Shown: piece by piece, positions 13,055 to 25,500 of the stretch
How positions within the stretch are numbered: position 1 is the first letter of the stretch
Layout of the letters: each line of letters starts with the position of its first letter
Origin: Octopus vulgaris
Taxonomy: Eukaryota
DNA: 64,000 nt
Direction of reading: 5' to 3'
NCBI GenBank assembly: GCA_951406725.2
Contig: OX597839.1
Location: 14,508,001-14,572,000 of the forward strand
Translations under genes and position numbers: made by a program
Notes under the pieces: generated by a model
Told to the model about the DNA's origin: nothing
Databases searched by the model: none
Seen by the model: the letters and a program-made list of their open reading frames with translations, nothing else

Positions 13055-16000
13055 GTATTTACAAACACACACACACACATATATATATATGAGATGGCAG
13101 AGCACCAAGTCCGACAACCTATCAAAAAAAAAGCATTGTCAAGGGAGGTAAAGTGTGAAACTAGTCTAAGGGAGATAATTAAACCTAGAAATTTTATAAA
13201 GTATATAAAAGTAGTTTATATTTCCGTGGAATTTTTAATACATTTATTCACAAAAAAATTATTCAGCGAGGTGCAATGATAATAATTGTAGGAATTCGTG
13301 GCTAAAGAGAGATAAAGAATGAAAAGGTCGATTTAATGGTAAAAATAAAAAGGTGGATTTTCTGAAGATGGTGGTGATGGTGAAAGCAGAATATCGTGAC
13401 TTTCATGCAGTGGAAAGTGTAAAAGTTGAGAGAATTATGGGATGTAACAGAAGCAGAGTGTAACTTGAAGTCTGTTATATTTGTCTATCATATTTTTACC
13501 TGCACTGTTAGATTTGGGGTGGGGGTAATATGGCTTTTACAGACAGAAATAATTTTGCATTGTGTTACTGTTTAACCGCACACATTAGAAAATGAACTAT
13601 GTTAACTTGTAGCCATGTTTGGAAGAGTGCAGCAGAAATTTTGAAGGTACAAATATAACAGACTATTAGGTTTTAAAGTAGGAGAGATTATTGCAAAAGG
13701 TTGCTAGAGATGATATTTCAGATGAATTTATTTTCCATAGAATTTCAAAGAAAGAAGAGAAGCCAGGGTAAAGCAGCACCTTTCAGCAATAGGTCTTTGA
13801 TAAAATTGAAGAAATATTTTCAAAGAGATCAAAACTTTCATGTTTCACTTATGATATTTACTGCTTCTCTACTTGAATGGTGTTAATTTAACAGCAGCAA
13901 ATTTATGATGATGGAATTTGTGACTGTCCTAAAAAAATGTGGGTTGCTTAATTTTGTAGTTAGTTAAATAATTAAATATTACGTTTAGGTTTACAACCCC
14001 CAAAATATTTTTTCTGTTGAATCCTACAGAAAACGACTTCATTGTTACAAACAGATGAGAGTGCATAATATAGAAAATGATCAACTAAAATGTTTCTTGG
14101 TTTAATTCCCTAAGAGTAAGATGCAAGGAAAAAGAGATAGAATGGGATACATCCCCCCAAAGTATGAGACACCTGAAATTTATTTGGTTACTAACAACGA
14201 AATGGTGATGAGGTAACATCTGTCTATGTATCTATCTATATATATGCAACAGACTTTTGCACAGTTTCTGCTTACACAATTCTGCTTATAAGGTATAGGT
14301 CAACCTGAAGCTATGGCAGAACACTCCCTTGATATGTTACACAGTGGGATTAAACCCTGCAAAGTTATATGCAAAGTAAACTTCTTAAAAACAATGATGT
14401 CTTTTTTTGCAATGTCATTCTAATATTATATTAAATTATTTTATATTATATGATATTTTTTTTCTTTCATATTAATAAATATACTTTCTCACTTAGAAAT
14501 ATTAAAGAGCCACAAGACGTATTTTATTAAAGAGAGAGCTAAATGTAATTGACATGAAGTTCATGTCATCTCCCCTCTGTGGAATTCATTATAGAATTTG
14601 TTGAGGTGTAGTGTGGAGAACTTGATGGCTTACTTACTTTGAATAGATTGAGCAGTTACTTTAAAAGCACCTTTGCCTCATACTTCAATGCTGTCAACCA
14701 GATACATAAACCTACACAGTCAAAATTTATTAAGCACTGATTTTTCTCTCTGTAAGGATTCTATCAGCCAAGGTGGGCCATACCTCTGCACATGTATGTA
14801 CAGGTTTGATAAATACTCTTTGAGGAAGACTGGCAATTGAAAGTCTTCATTCAAGCTTTCCCTCTCCATGCCATTGATATCTATCCAACAAAAAAGTTGC
14901 TGAGCTGGGGCAGATACGCTGTAGCTCCAGTGTCATTGCAAGCATTGTGGTTAGAACACAAAATCTCGAAATTTATATGCAAGATGTCTTTCCTGACTCT
15001 CTAATTGTTCTGTCAGTCCATCATACTTGATATTTATTTCCCTAATACTTATGAATGATATTTTCCAGTAGATTGTAGCAGGATTTAAATTCAAAACCAG
15101 AAATAAGACACTGAAGTAAGAACAGTAAAATGTCTGGGGATTTTTGGTATCTACATCTCTGTAAAGTTGGTGATAAGATAAATAATGCAGTGAACTATGT
15201 GGAGAAGGGAAAGATTCATTAGCATAATGACCAATTCTGGTTAATGAAGGCTGAATAGACAACTTCAGTATTTTAATTCATTAAAATTAATTAAAAATAG
15301 AATGTAGCCAGTGCAGTTGGTGAATGTCTATGATCTTGGTAGTATGATAACAACTTTAAATCATATTCTGCCAATCATATTCTGTTCTAAATAATATTTT
15401 TATAAAGAACAAGTCAATAGCTGTCACCTCAAAGAGTAGGAAATTAACTGTATTTTTCACAGAAAACAAGAAAATCTTAAAAGACTAGGCCATGTTTCAG
15501 TGTAAGGTCTTCATTTATTAGCACAAGTAGAGATCACTGTGACAATTATTAACGACTTAGAAACGTTTGATTTCTAATCAAGTGGTGATATTAAGTTAGA
15601 CATGGCCTGGGCAAATCTTTGGCTGAAACAGCTAAGTTATCTTATCCAAGTAATTAATAAAATAAACTCAATAAATAGTACATTAAGTTAATCATGTTAT
15701 GAAGATGACGAAAATGATGATGAAAACAAGAACTGGTGATTATACAGAAGCTGTTATAGGTGGGTGACAGGAAAGTACTGCTATTCCTTCCAAATTGCCC
15801 TGTTTTAGGTCTGTCGTTCACTGGGCCCTTTTAACATCAAGTATTTGTCTTCAACGCTAATTTTCTCATGTATGGAATTAATAATAGAGTTGTGATCTAC
15901 AGCATACAGATAGAGTAAGACAAAGTTAAAATAAGCAGAAAGGTGAGGTGCAGATGTAAGTATAGAGAGTAACCGTGTGAAGAGTAGCAGGATGTTTGCT

Positions 16001-19000
16001 TTAGAAAAAGAGTGGACGAGCATAACAGAACTTAGCTAGAAGTGAGGTGAACGTCAGAACTGACTGCAAATTTTCAAGGTTTTGATAGAAGAGAAGGGGG
16101 TGGGTGGAGTAAAAGAGCTGCCATTAAAGACACATTGCTCACAAGCAAGAGGTAAACACAACATGCCAATGTGTGAAAGAGTGAGAGTGGGCTGGTGAGT
16201 TAAGATGAATTGGAACAAGGATTGCTCTTGGAGTGTAGACACAATGAATTCTGTATGCAATCAATTCAGGCCAAATTTTGTCAGAGTAGGAAATATAGAC
16301 AACTGAGCCGACTTCGGTATATAGCCGGTATTGATATATTTTAGTACCAGAGACACATAAAATGCAAAGTCAATCTCCGGTTGGTTTATTTCTACAATAC
16401 AATTACTTAGATGACATAAAAGTCATTAACAAGAACAATATGGAGAAATAGTCAATTAAACCTGTGTCGGATCCCAGTTGTATCAATTCTCAAAACATCA
16501 ATATCAAAATTAACTTGAACTGAATTCAGAATTTATTGAAATGGTTTGACTTGACACTCCACCAATTTGTAGGTCAAAATGACACATTAATACAAGGCCT
16601 CAAATTTGGTGGAAGGGTAGAGATGATTATATCAACTGACCCAGTATTGACTGGGGTTTCATTTCATCGTCTCAGAAAAGATGAAAGCAAAGTTAACCTT
16701 AGTGGGATTTGAGCTAAGAATGTAAAAAGTCCTAAGCAGACATTGCAAGGCAGTTTGTCCAATCTTCTAAAGATTCAGCTAATCTCTTACCTTTATTTTG
16801 TAGGACTATAATATTAATTTGTCTTCCAATTTATAATAATCATTCAATCTTCGTACGTATGTCTTTATATTTTATAGAATGTATTTCTTTATAAAAAGAA
16901 GAGTATCTAAGACCAGTGGGTGTCGAGCTGTAAAAATTAGCTTAGATACATTTGCATTTCTGAAACCATATATATTCATTCTAAATATTAAAAATGAGGT
17001 TTATAAGGATGATGATGATGACTGGGAAGAGTTGGTGTTTTTTTGGTAAGATATGATTTAGTTACCACAAACTTCTGGCCTTCTATACTTGAAAATTCTT
17101 TAGTTATTACCAGTATCGTCATTATTATTATTATTATTATTATTATTCTATGTTTGACTTTTGCTTTACATTTGTACAAGTTGGCTCCAAATCTCACCCA
17201 GAGACCTCAAGAGACAAGTTGGAAGTTCATGTTATTATTATTGTTGTTATTATTATCATCATCATCATTAGTTGATGTGCATAGTAAATTTTGTTTACTA
17301 CATCAAACAAACAATCACAGAGCCAACTGCATTGCATATTTTATTGTAGTTGTGCAACCTGAGATTTTCTACAAAACTTCTCCTTTACTTACAGTATGAC
17401 CCTCCCAAATACCTTAGAGTAACAAATAGTGCTTCTTTAGATATAAACTTTTCTAATGTAGTACATGTCCCTATAACCTCTATTGATTATGGTTGACCAT
17501 GCATCTGGAAAACTTCTTTCCAGGGAACAGATCTGAGCAAAGTTTTTCTACTGAAGCCAGCAGTTGTCCAACCTACTCTGCCAAATATGGTGATATGAAG
17601 GCATACAACTGTTTTAACACCACACAGCAAAATAATCCAATGATGCTAGACATAGCAGCTAAATTCCTACAAATCACACTTTATTGTCTTAGAAACAGAA
17701 GGACATCTTGAACAATGTGCTCCTAGATAAAGCAAAACATTGGGATAATCAAGTTTGGAATGCCTTCCTTCATATGCCCATTTAACAAAGGCTGACCTGG
17801 GGCTAACCAGTACCATTAGTGACATGACTAGTGATTTTACTAACTGTAGAGACCCAACCAAGCAACCCTCTGTAAATGTGAAGTTTACTTTTAGTTAGAA
17901 AGAAAGAAAGAAACCCATAGGTCAATCATAGATTCCTTATATTTCAGTGAGTTGGCCCATTTTTTATTTTACTAAATAGTCTCAGAACAGGAGTGATTGA
18001 GAAAAAAAATGTACCGAAAGATACCAAAATAACACCAGCTCTTAGTATGAAATCAAAGAAAATTAGAGAATATCAATGTGATATTATGTGACAGAAATGT
18101 TTTCATCAAATATATAGGACATTAAGAATCAAATATAGAGGATATTAAAACTGTTTGGTTTTCATTGCTGAAAGAGTGCCCCAATTAAGGGTAAAATTCA
18201 GGAGAAATTGAAGCATAGTGAAGCCTGAGAAAAAGGTTTTGAAACTGCTGCATACTCTCGTGTGACAACAAAGGGCCAGCAGAGGGTATGTTTAAAATAA
18301 ATTATAAAAAAAGTAAAATAAATAAAAATGTAAATAAAATATCATAATGGAAAAAATAAATAAAAATGAAATAAAAAATAAAAAGCTGAGTAGAATTTGT
18401 GTTAGATATTTCTCCCAAAACTCAAAAGACTCAATGACTGAATAATCAAAGAATTTAGAAATGATATTTAAGTTTGGTTTAGACGGCAAAATAAACGGAT
18501 AAATATTTGATTATCAAAGATATTATTACACTTGTAATATTATAATAGTTTTTTTCCTTCACTAATACTATGTTCCCATTATGAAAAGTCATTGAAACTA
18601 ATATTTATAGTCGATGAAAAATGTAAAAGTCATCCAACTCCCTGTCTGAGTTTAAACCTAGAAATTGAATTGACAAGCAGTGTAGCTGCAGTTATTATAG
18701 TATAATAATGAATTAGACAGGTAAAACAATTTGTTTGATTCACAGATGTCAGCTACATAAAAAAAAAAAATCAATAGGTAAATTAGTGCTAATACATTTA
18801 AAGCAGGAGACATCGTAAAACTATCAAAAATAAATATGCAAAAGAAAAAAAAACAGAAAAGAAAACAATACAAGTCATTGACTAATATGATTTCCACATA
18901 TGTTAACATTAATTTTATCTCTTGTGCTCCATGTACAAGGAATTAATGACTTATTGAATCTCTAAACAAATCTATTTTCCTATACTCAATGAATACACAA

Positions 19001-22000
19001 TATGTATATTCACTCTTTCATTAAGCACAATGAAGATTAGGCTTCACTGATGAAGTCATAATAATACTGAAACATATTTGTAGTTATCTCCCATGCTTGT
19101 TGAGAAACAATACTGATTTCTGGCATTTGCACAAGGCCACATATTTTGGTGGAGTTTTCTCTGATGCTTTCACAATTTCAACAAAACTAATAGGAATCAC
19201 TGAAGAATTAAGATTTTTCTTATCTCCTACATTTTAATTTCTACTTAGCTTTTTTATGCATCATTCATTACATATGTCAACATTAAGCTACTGATCAATT
19301 TCTGTGTTTAATATGTTTGTTAAGTTGTCTTCTAGAACATTTTGTCCATTCAACACTTTCTGGGGCTTCCATATATCTCATAGGATTATGGACCAGAAGC
19401 TGAAAAATTCCTCTCTAATGTGAAAGCCTGAGCAAGGTTTTTTTTTTTTGTTTCTTTTAAAGTACACCAGCAGTGGCCCACACCTGTAAAACTATCCCCG
19501 CCCTTAATTGCAATCAACATTATCCAAGGAAAAAGTAAGGGCTGAGAGAGCTTGATATCAATACTGTCGTTTACATTCAGGTCGGAAAGTAAACAGCTGG
19601 AATATAAATACTGCAACACATCCAGTCTGATACTCTAACAATTCAACCAGTTCCATGCCAAAAGGATGACAGGAGGGATATATACTCAGAACACTGACAA
19701 CTAGAAGAAATACTGGGAGGCAGTCTTTCAGACACTTTAACAACTGTACTAACTGTAACCACATACAAGTAAATAAATAGAAGCGTGGTGGTTGGCTCCA
19801 TTTATCCTCCTACATTTACCCAGAATTTCATCCCCATTTACCTTCTTTCTACCGTTTCAGACTGGATTTTCTAGGCTGGGAACGTTAAAGTTCAGTTTTT
19901 GTAGACTGGCTTGTCTTGAATAAATTTCAAAATTTTTACAGATATTACTGTTAATGTAAATATTTGTAACATGTATAATGTAGATATAACTACAATTATT
20001 TATTTAGAAGCTTTAACTGTGGAGACGACAAATGATGTAAAGGTCCTATTGTTTCTTAAGCTTAAGGTGACAGAAAAATAACTCAAGAGAACAAAAGGAT
20101 GTTTCCACATCATCTGTAATCTCCAAAGCTAAAGCCTTCCAAATATTTAACTGTAGATGTATCAACATATACATGGGTCAGGTGTTCTGATTTAATGTGT
20201 TCTAAATAAATATTTTCTTCTTTTCGTTTTTAGTATTTTAACCAAATAATTATTTAGAAAATGCATCTTTAGAAATTCTGTCTTTGTTCTGTTGAGTTTT
20301 GGGCAGAAATAAAGAGAGACAGAAAGAGACAGAGAGAAAGAGCGAGAAAAAAAAAGGAGAAAAAAATTGTTAATAAAAGGTGGAGAAGACGTTCTGGAAA
20401 AGAAGTGCCAATCCACCTGACCACTTCAGCAAAGATGCTAGAGACAGGTAAGATAAGCATATATACCTCCTCGAGACAAGACTATTTCTGTGTTCCCAGG
20501 TCTCACTGGGGGACAAAAGAAGAAATTCAGTAGAAAGACGATTAATAAAAAAAATTGGTTGGTTTTTCATTTTCGTTACAAAATACATGTCAAAAAAGTT
20601 AATTGTTTAATTAATCAATCAAAATACACATTCATTAAGTTGCTAAACTAAGAGGAACAGCATCAACAATAAATATAATAATACATACAATATGAAAAGA
20701 GACAAAAAATCCTTGTGTTTTCTTTTTTAATATTATTAAATCTGGTATAGCTGGTGTTGGTTAGGTTAAAGAGTGGGGAAATAAGTGAAACTGGTTAATG
20801 GAATAGATTTATTCAATAGCTGGACCATCTTCCCCAATAAAGAAAATGAAAAAAAAAAAACAACTTCCAATAACTTGAATTCATCAGAAAGAAGTAATAT
20901 CTATATATATAAAACTGTAGTTGTGTGAGTGTCTGTCTCCTATGATTTAGATTCCTAACTCCTCCCACATTTTGCGGTGCAGTTTAACCAAATTCGGGTA
21001 TCTTATAATCGTGATTAATATCGAGCCCGTCTGGCTATTAGCGCGCGTCTACGATGAGTCTACGATTTTAAAAATAATTTAACGTCATTTTTTATTCCAT
21101 TTTAATGCATAATTTTTCGTGTGTCGATGGCGGCGGAGTTAGCGTCCACGCTCAAACACCTGCACCTGTGTTTGCTTCTCCCCCTTCTTCCCTCCCTCGT
21201 GAAGCTGTGGGGAAGGGAGTTTAAGGAAATCAACGTTGTAATGCGTTGTCAAGGAGACCAGCGTTCTTTTAGAACAACGACTTCATGGCTTGAAGACACC
21301 AAAACAGAAATGGCTAAGAAAGCCCGAATTGGCATCTATAAAGGAAGTAACTCTCTAAAAATGCTTATATAGTTATTTCCCTTACAAACCCGAGCAACGC
21401 CGGGCGATACTGCTAGTTGAAAATATTAATTTTAATTCTTTTCGTTTTTTGACTAAGCAGAACAAAGCAAATTTTTTTTTTATAGAGGAATGAATATATT
21501 GGTCTTCATCATTGCAGTTATAAAAGAACTAAGCTCTTTGATTTGACCTGGTAGAGCAGTAAAGAGACTTTAAGTGTGCACTGAGAGTGATGAAAAGGAA
21601 TCTAAAGGGAATAGGCAGAGATTAGTGCCAAGAACATGGCTCAAATGCAAAACCTCAGAGACAGTGCTAATAATGATTTCTTGGGTAGGTACAAAGTGTA
21701 AAGTTGATTAAATTAACTTTGGGCACTTGACTGCTACTTTCATCCTCCTGACACTGGAAGAATGAAGGGTAAAAACTGACCCCAGAGAACAGGAAGAAAG
21801 ATAAAACTGTCTCCATCACCCTCCATTGCTCCATGGGATTTTAGCTCAGAACACAAGTGTAGCGAAACAATGCAATGCCACCAGGCATTCTCTCTAATGC
21901 TCTGTTGATTCTGCCAATCCATGATTCTTGACAAAGGTAGCAATAATAAGTTAAAGAATTTGTTATATTTATGCCAAGTAAGAATTACAAATTACTAAAG

Positions 22001-22568
22001 TGTAAAGAAGTTTTTAAGAGACAGGAGAGAGCAAGAAATGAATACAATAGAACAGTAAGTTAATGGTATGAGAGAATATCAAGTTAATGGAGTGAGAGAA
22101 TATAATATTAATGGAATGAAAGAATATCAAGTTAATGGAATGAGAGAATATCATGTGTACAGCTTCACATTTAAGGTCCACTTTGATAATTTTTCACAGC
22201 TATTTCAGCTATAAATTGATCATGAGTAGAAAAATAGAAAATTGATTAATAGAGTGTATAAAACAACTTTTTTTTTTATTAAAGAGAAAAATGGTATTTT
22301 TCTTCTCTTTTCTCATTTCCAGCAATTTATATTTCATTGATTATCAAAGAAATTATAGGTTACATAAAAAAAAAGAAAATTATTTAAACATACAAAATTT
22401 ATAGTTTTGATATCATTCTTCATTCGAATTTCTTTAGTTTTCTAACAACTCTACAGATTAGTCATTAGTGAAACACAAAAGACTAACAATTCAGTTACCC
22501 TGACAGGAAATCCAATATTATTCTAATGCAAACAGATGGTCAGGTTAATATATATAGATATAAATATG

Positions 22569-22645
<77 letters not shown>

Positions 22646-23697
22646 TTATGTAAGTTTATAGAATAAAACAAGAAAAATAAGTTGACTAGCTAGATGGAAG
22701 TCATTCTTGGAAGTTTGAAAATTCCACAGGGATCTGTTTTTTCCATTATTAAAATATTTAACACATCCATGTCTTGCACTGGAGACACTGTTGCATAAAA
22801 TATAGTACCAACATAGAAGGTAGGGTTAATTGTAGATTAAGTGGGTGAAATTTGATAGACAGAAAAACTGTGTGTAGAAGGAAGCTTGTTAGATGGACCA
22901 TTCTTGTTCTTGGATGGTGCATTTAATACACCAGTATACACTACCACCATCACAATCACCAACTAGCTAAGTGTTTGGGATAGATGTCAGGTATAAGAAT
23001 AACTTTTTAATCTTTTACAAACTAGTCTCAGAGTTTTGAGACTAGGTGCAGCCAATTCGATTTCTGATAAAACCATTAAAAAACCTCAAGGAGAGGATGT
23101 TGACTCAGGTTGTAGAATAAAAGCGTGGAGCTTAAATTCAACCAGTCAACGAATCAACTGTTATAGATAGCTAATCAAGTATCTATGTGGAGGATGTACT
23201 GAAGATCATGCAGCTGTTGTACCCAGCCATTCAAATATCTCTGTAGAGGTTGTATTACAGGATACTTAGCTGTTATATTCAGTGAGCTAAGTCTTTATGT
23301 AAAGATTGTTTTGAGGGATATATATATGTATTTACATACATACACAAGTATGTATGCATGCATGCACATGTGACAATTCCAAAATCATTGTATGCTGTCA
23401 GAGTTGGAAAGGTATGAGAACCCACAGCAATTTTAGTTTTCCTGTCACTAGAGTTCCTTGATTCGGTTTAGAGTGTGGGGTGGATTGGGGAAGAAGGTGA
23501 CGGCAGTAGTGAAAGCTAGTCATAACAGAACTGAGAGATATGCACGTGTGCAGGATTATGAAGGACGGATGTTTTAAAGTTCATATTCAAAACAGGTGGC
23601 AAAAATGTTTGAAATATTTTATGCATTTAGACTGAATTACACACACAGACACACACACTCACCCACGTATATATACACATACACACATATACACCAA

Positions 23698-23773
<76 letters not shown>

Positions 23774-24784
23774 CATTGGAGTGTTATTAGAGTGATGATT
23801 AATACTTACAGTATATGAGTGTATGTACAAAGCATGTGAAAGTGTGTGTAGAGAGAAAGAAAGAAGAGAGACAAAAGGAAAAAAATGAGAAAAAGTTTGT
23901 GGAAATGATACTATTAATTTTATACCAATTGTTAGACAGATCTGCAAATTTAGAATCTTCATTAAATTTGCATAAAGAAAATTTAATCACTTGGGAGTTC
24001 TCTTTCAAACGGTAACCACTCAAAACTGTATTTAAGAATATTGCTATTAAATTAGGCAAACTGTGGGAAAATAAGTAACTTGTCTGGTACCAAGGCTGAC
24101 TGACTTGGCTTTTAGCCGAATTTAATTCAAGGTCCCCTCTTTGTAAGTTATAGTGTACTCAGATAACATACCAGTTTAGTGGAGGTATTCAGTTATAGTT
24201 TATTGACTTTGGCTTGGCATCGCAGATGACAAGCAGTGAGTACACTGGAATGGCTCATTATAGGCAGTAAAGTTGATCTGCATTGAAGGACTTCTTGTTC
24301 AGATCTTACCATCTCTATATTCCAAACACATATGCACACTAACAGGGGACCTTTGATCTGCAAGGAATAGCAGTCCAGTTTCCCTCAAATTTTGCTCTAC
24401 TGTCTTAAAAAAGGACATTCCAGATAATATTGTCCAAGGAACACTGTAGCTGAAAAAAAGTCTAAAGGGTCATAGCCAAGGGGAAAAAAATAAACAAAAC
24501 CTCTGATCATAAGTTTGCACAATCAGAATCAACTTGAACAATACACACACAATAGTACTACTCCTAATACAGTTTTAAGAATTAAGGATAATGGTAAAAT
24601 ATATCCCAAAGCATCTAATAAGGCATAAATCTCTAAGCTACATTACAATTTTTTTGTTTCCTTTTTTCCATTATAACACTATAACTCTGTGACTGGTATA
24701 GTTCATATAGCAGTCTAATGATGGCTTGGCTGGCCAAAACTTTGAAGCGACTCTCAACAAGATTCTTGTTTAAGAATGATATAT

Positions 24785-24830
<46 letters not shown>

Positions 24831-25100
24831 TATATAGAGGGTATTATTACACATAAATGCCACACGCTAGGAGGGACTTTCAAAGTCATTACTATATATA
24901 TATATATATATAGGAGTGGCTGTGTAGTAAGTAGCTTGCTAACCAGCCACATGGTTCCGGGTTCAGTCCCACTGCGTGGCATCTTGGGCAAGTGTCTTCT
25001 GCTATAGCCCCGGGCCGACCAATACCTTGTGTGTGGATTTGGTAGACGGAAACTGAAAGAAGCCTGTCGTATATATGTATATATATATATATATAAAATG

Positions 25101-25131
<31 letters not shown>

Positions 25132-25460
25132 TTGTCCCCCTAGCATTGCTTGACAACCGATGCTGGTGTGTTTACGTCCCCGTCACCTAGTGGTTCGGCA
25201 AAAGAGATCGATAGAATAAGTACTGGGCTTACAAAGAATAAGTCCCTGGGGTTGATTTGCTCGACTAAAGGCGGTGCTCCAGCATGGCCGCAGTCAAATG
25301 ACTGAAACAAGTAAAAAAAAAATATATATATTTATGTATTTCTTTTCTATCAAGTTTTATCATATTTTCATATGAATTACTTGCAGTTTCAAAAAGTAAA
25401 GTTCCAACATTCTGGTGTATAATCAAATGTTTAAGTATTCATATGACTGCTTTTGTTGTA

Positions 25461-25500
<40 letters not shown>

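Noticed and set aside
14500-17780. Faint RT-like traces (about 14500-15260 on minus, about 17390-17720 on plus)
   Set aside because: Too degenerate to call by eye; would need a translated HMM search.
18658-18870. Two further acceptor-like sites in the LG2 intron ([15 protein letters not shown]…*)
   Set aside because: In-frame stops and no convincing donor; expected by chance on a U-rich sense strand.
20269-20394. TM-like reading [28 protein letters not shown]
   Set aside because: Translation of a polypyrimidine tract.
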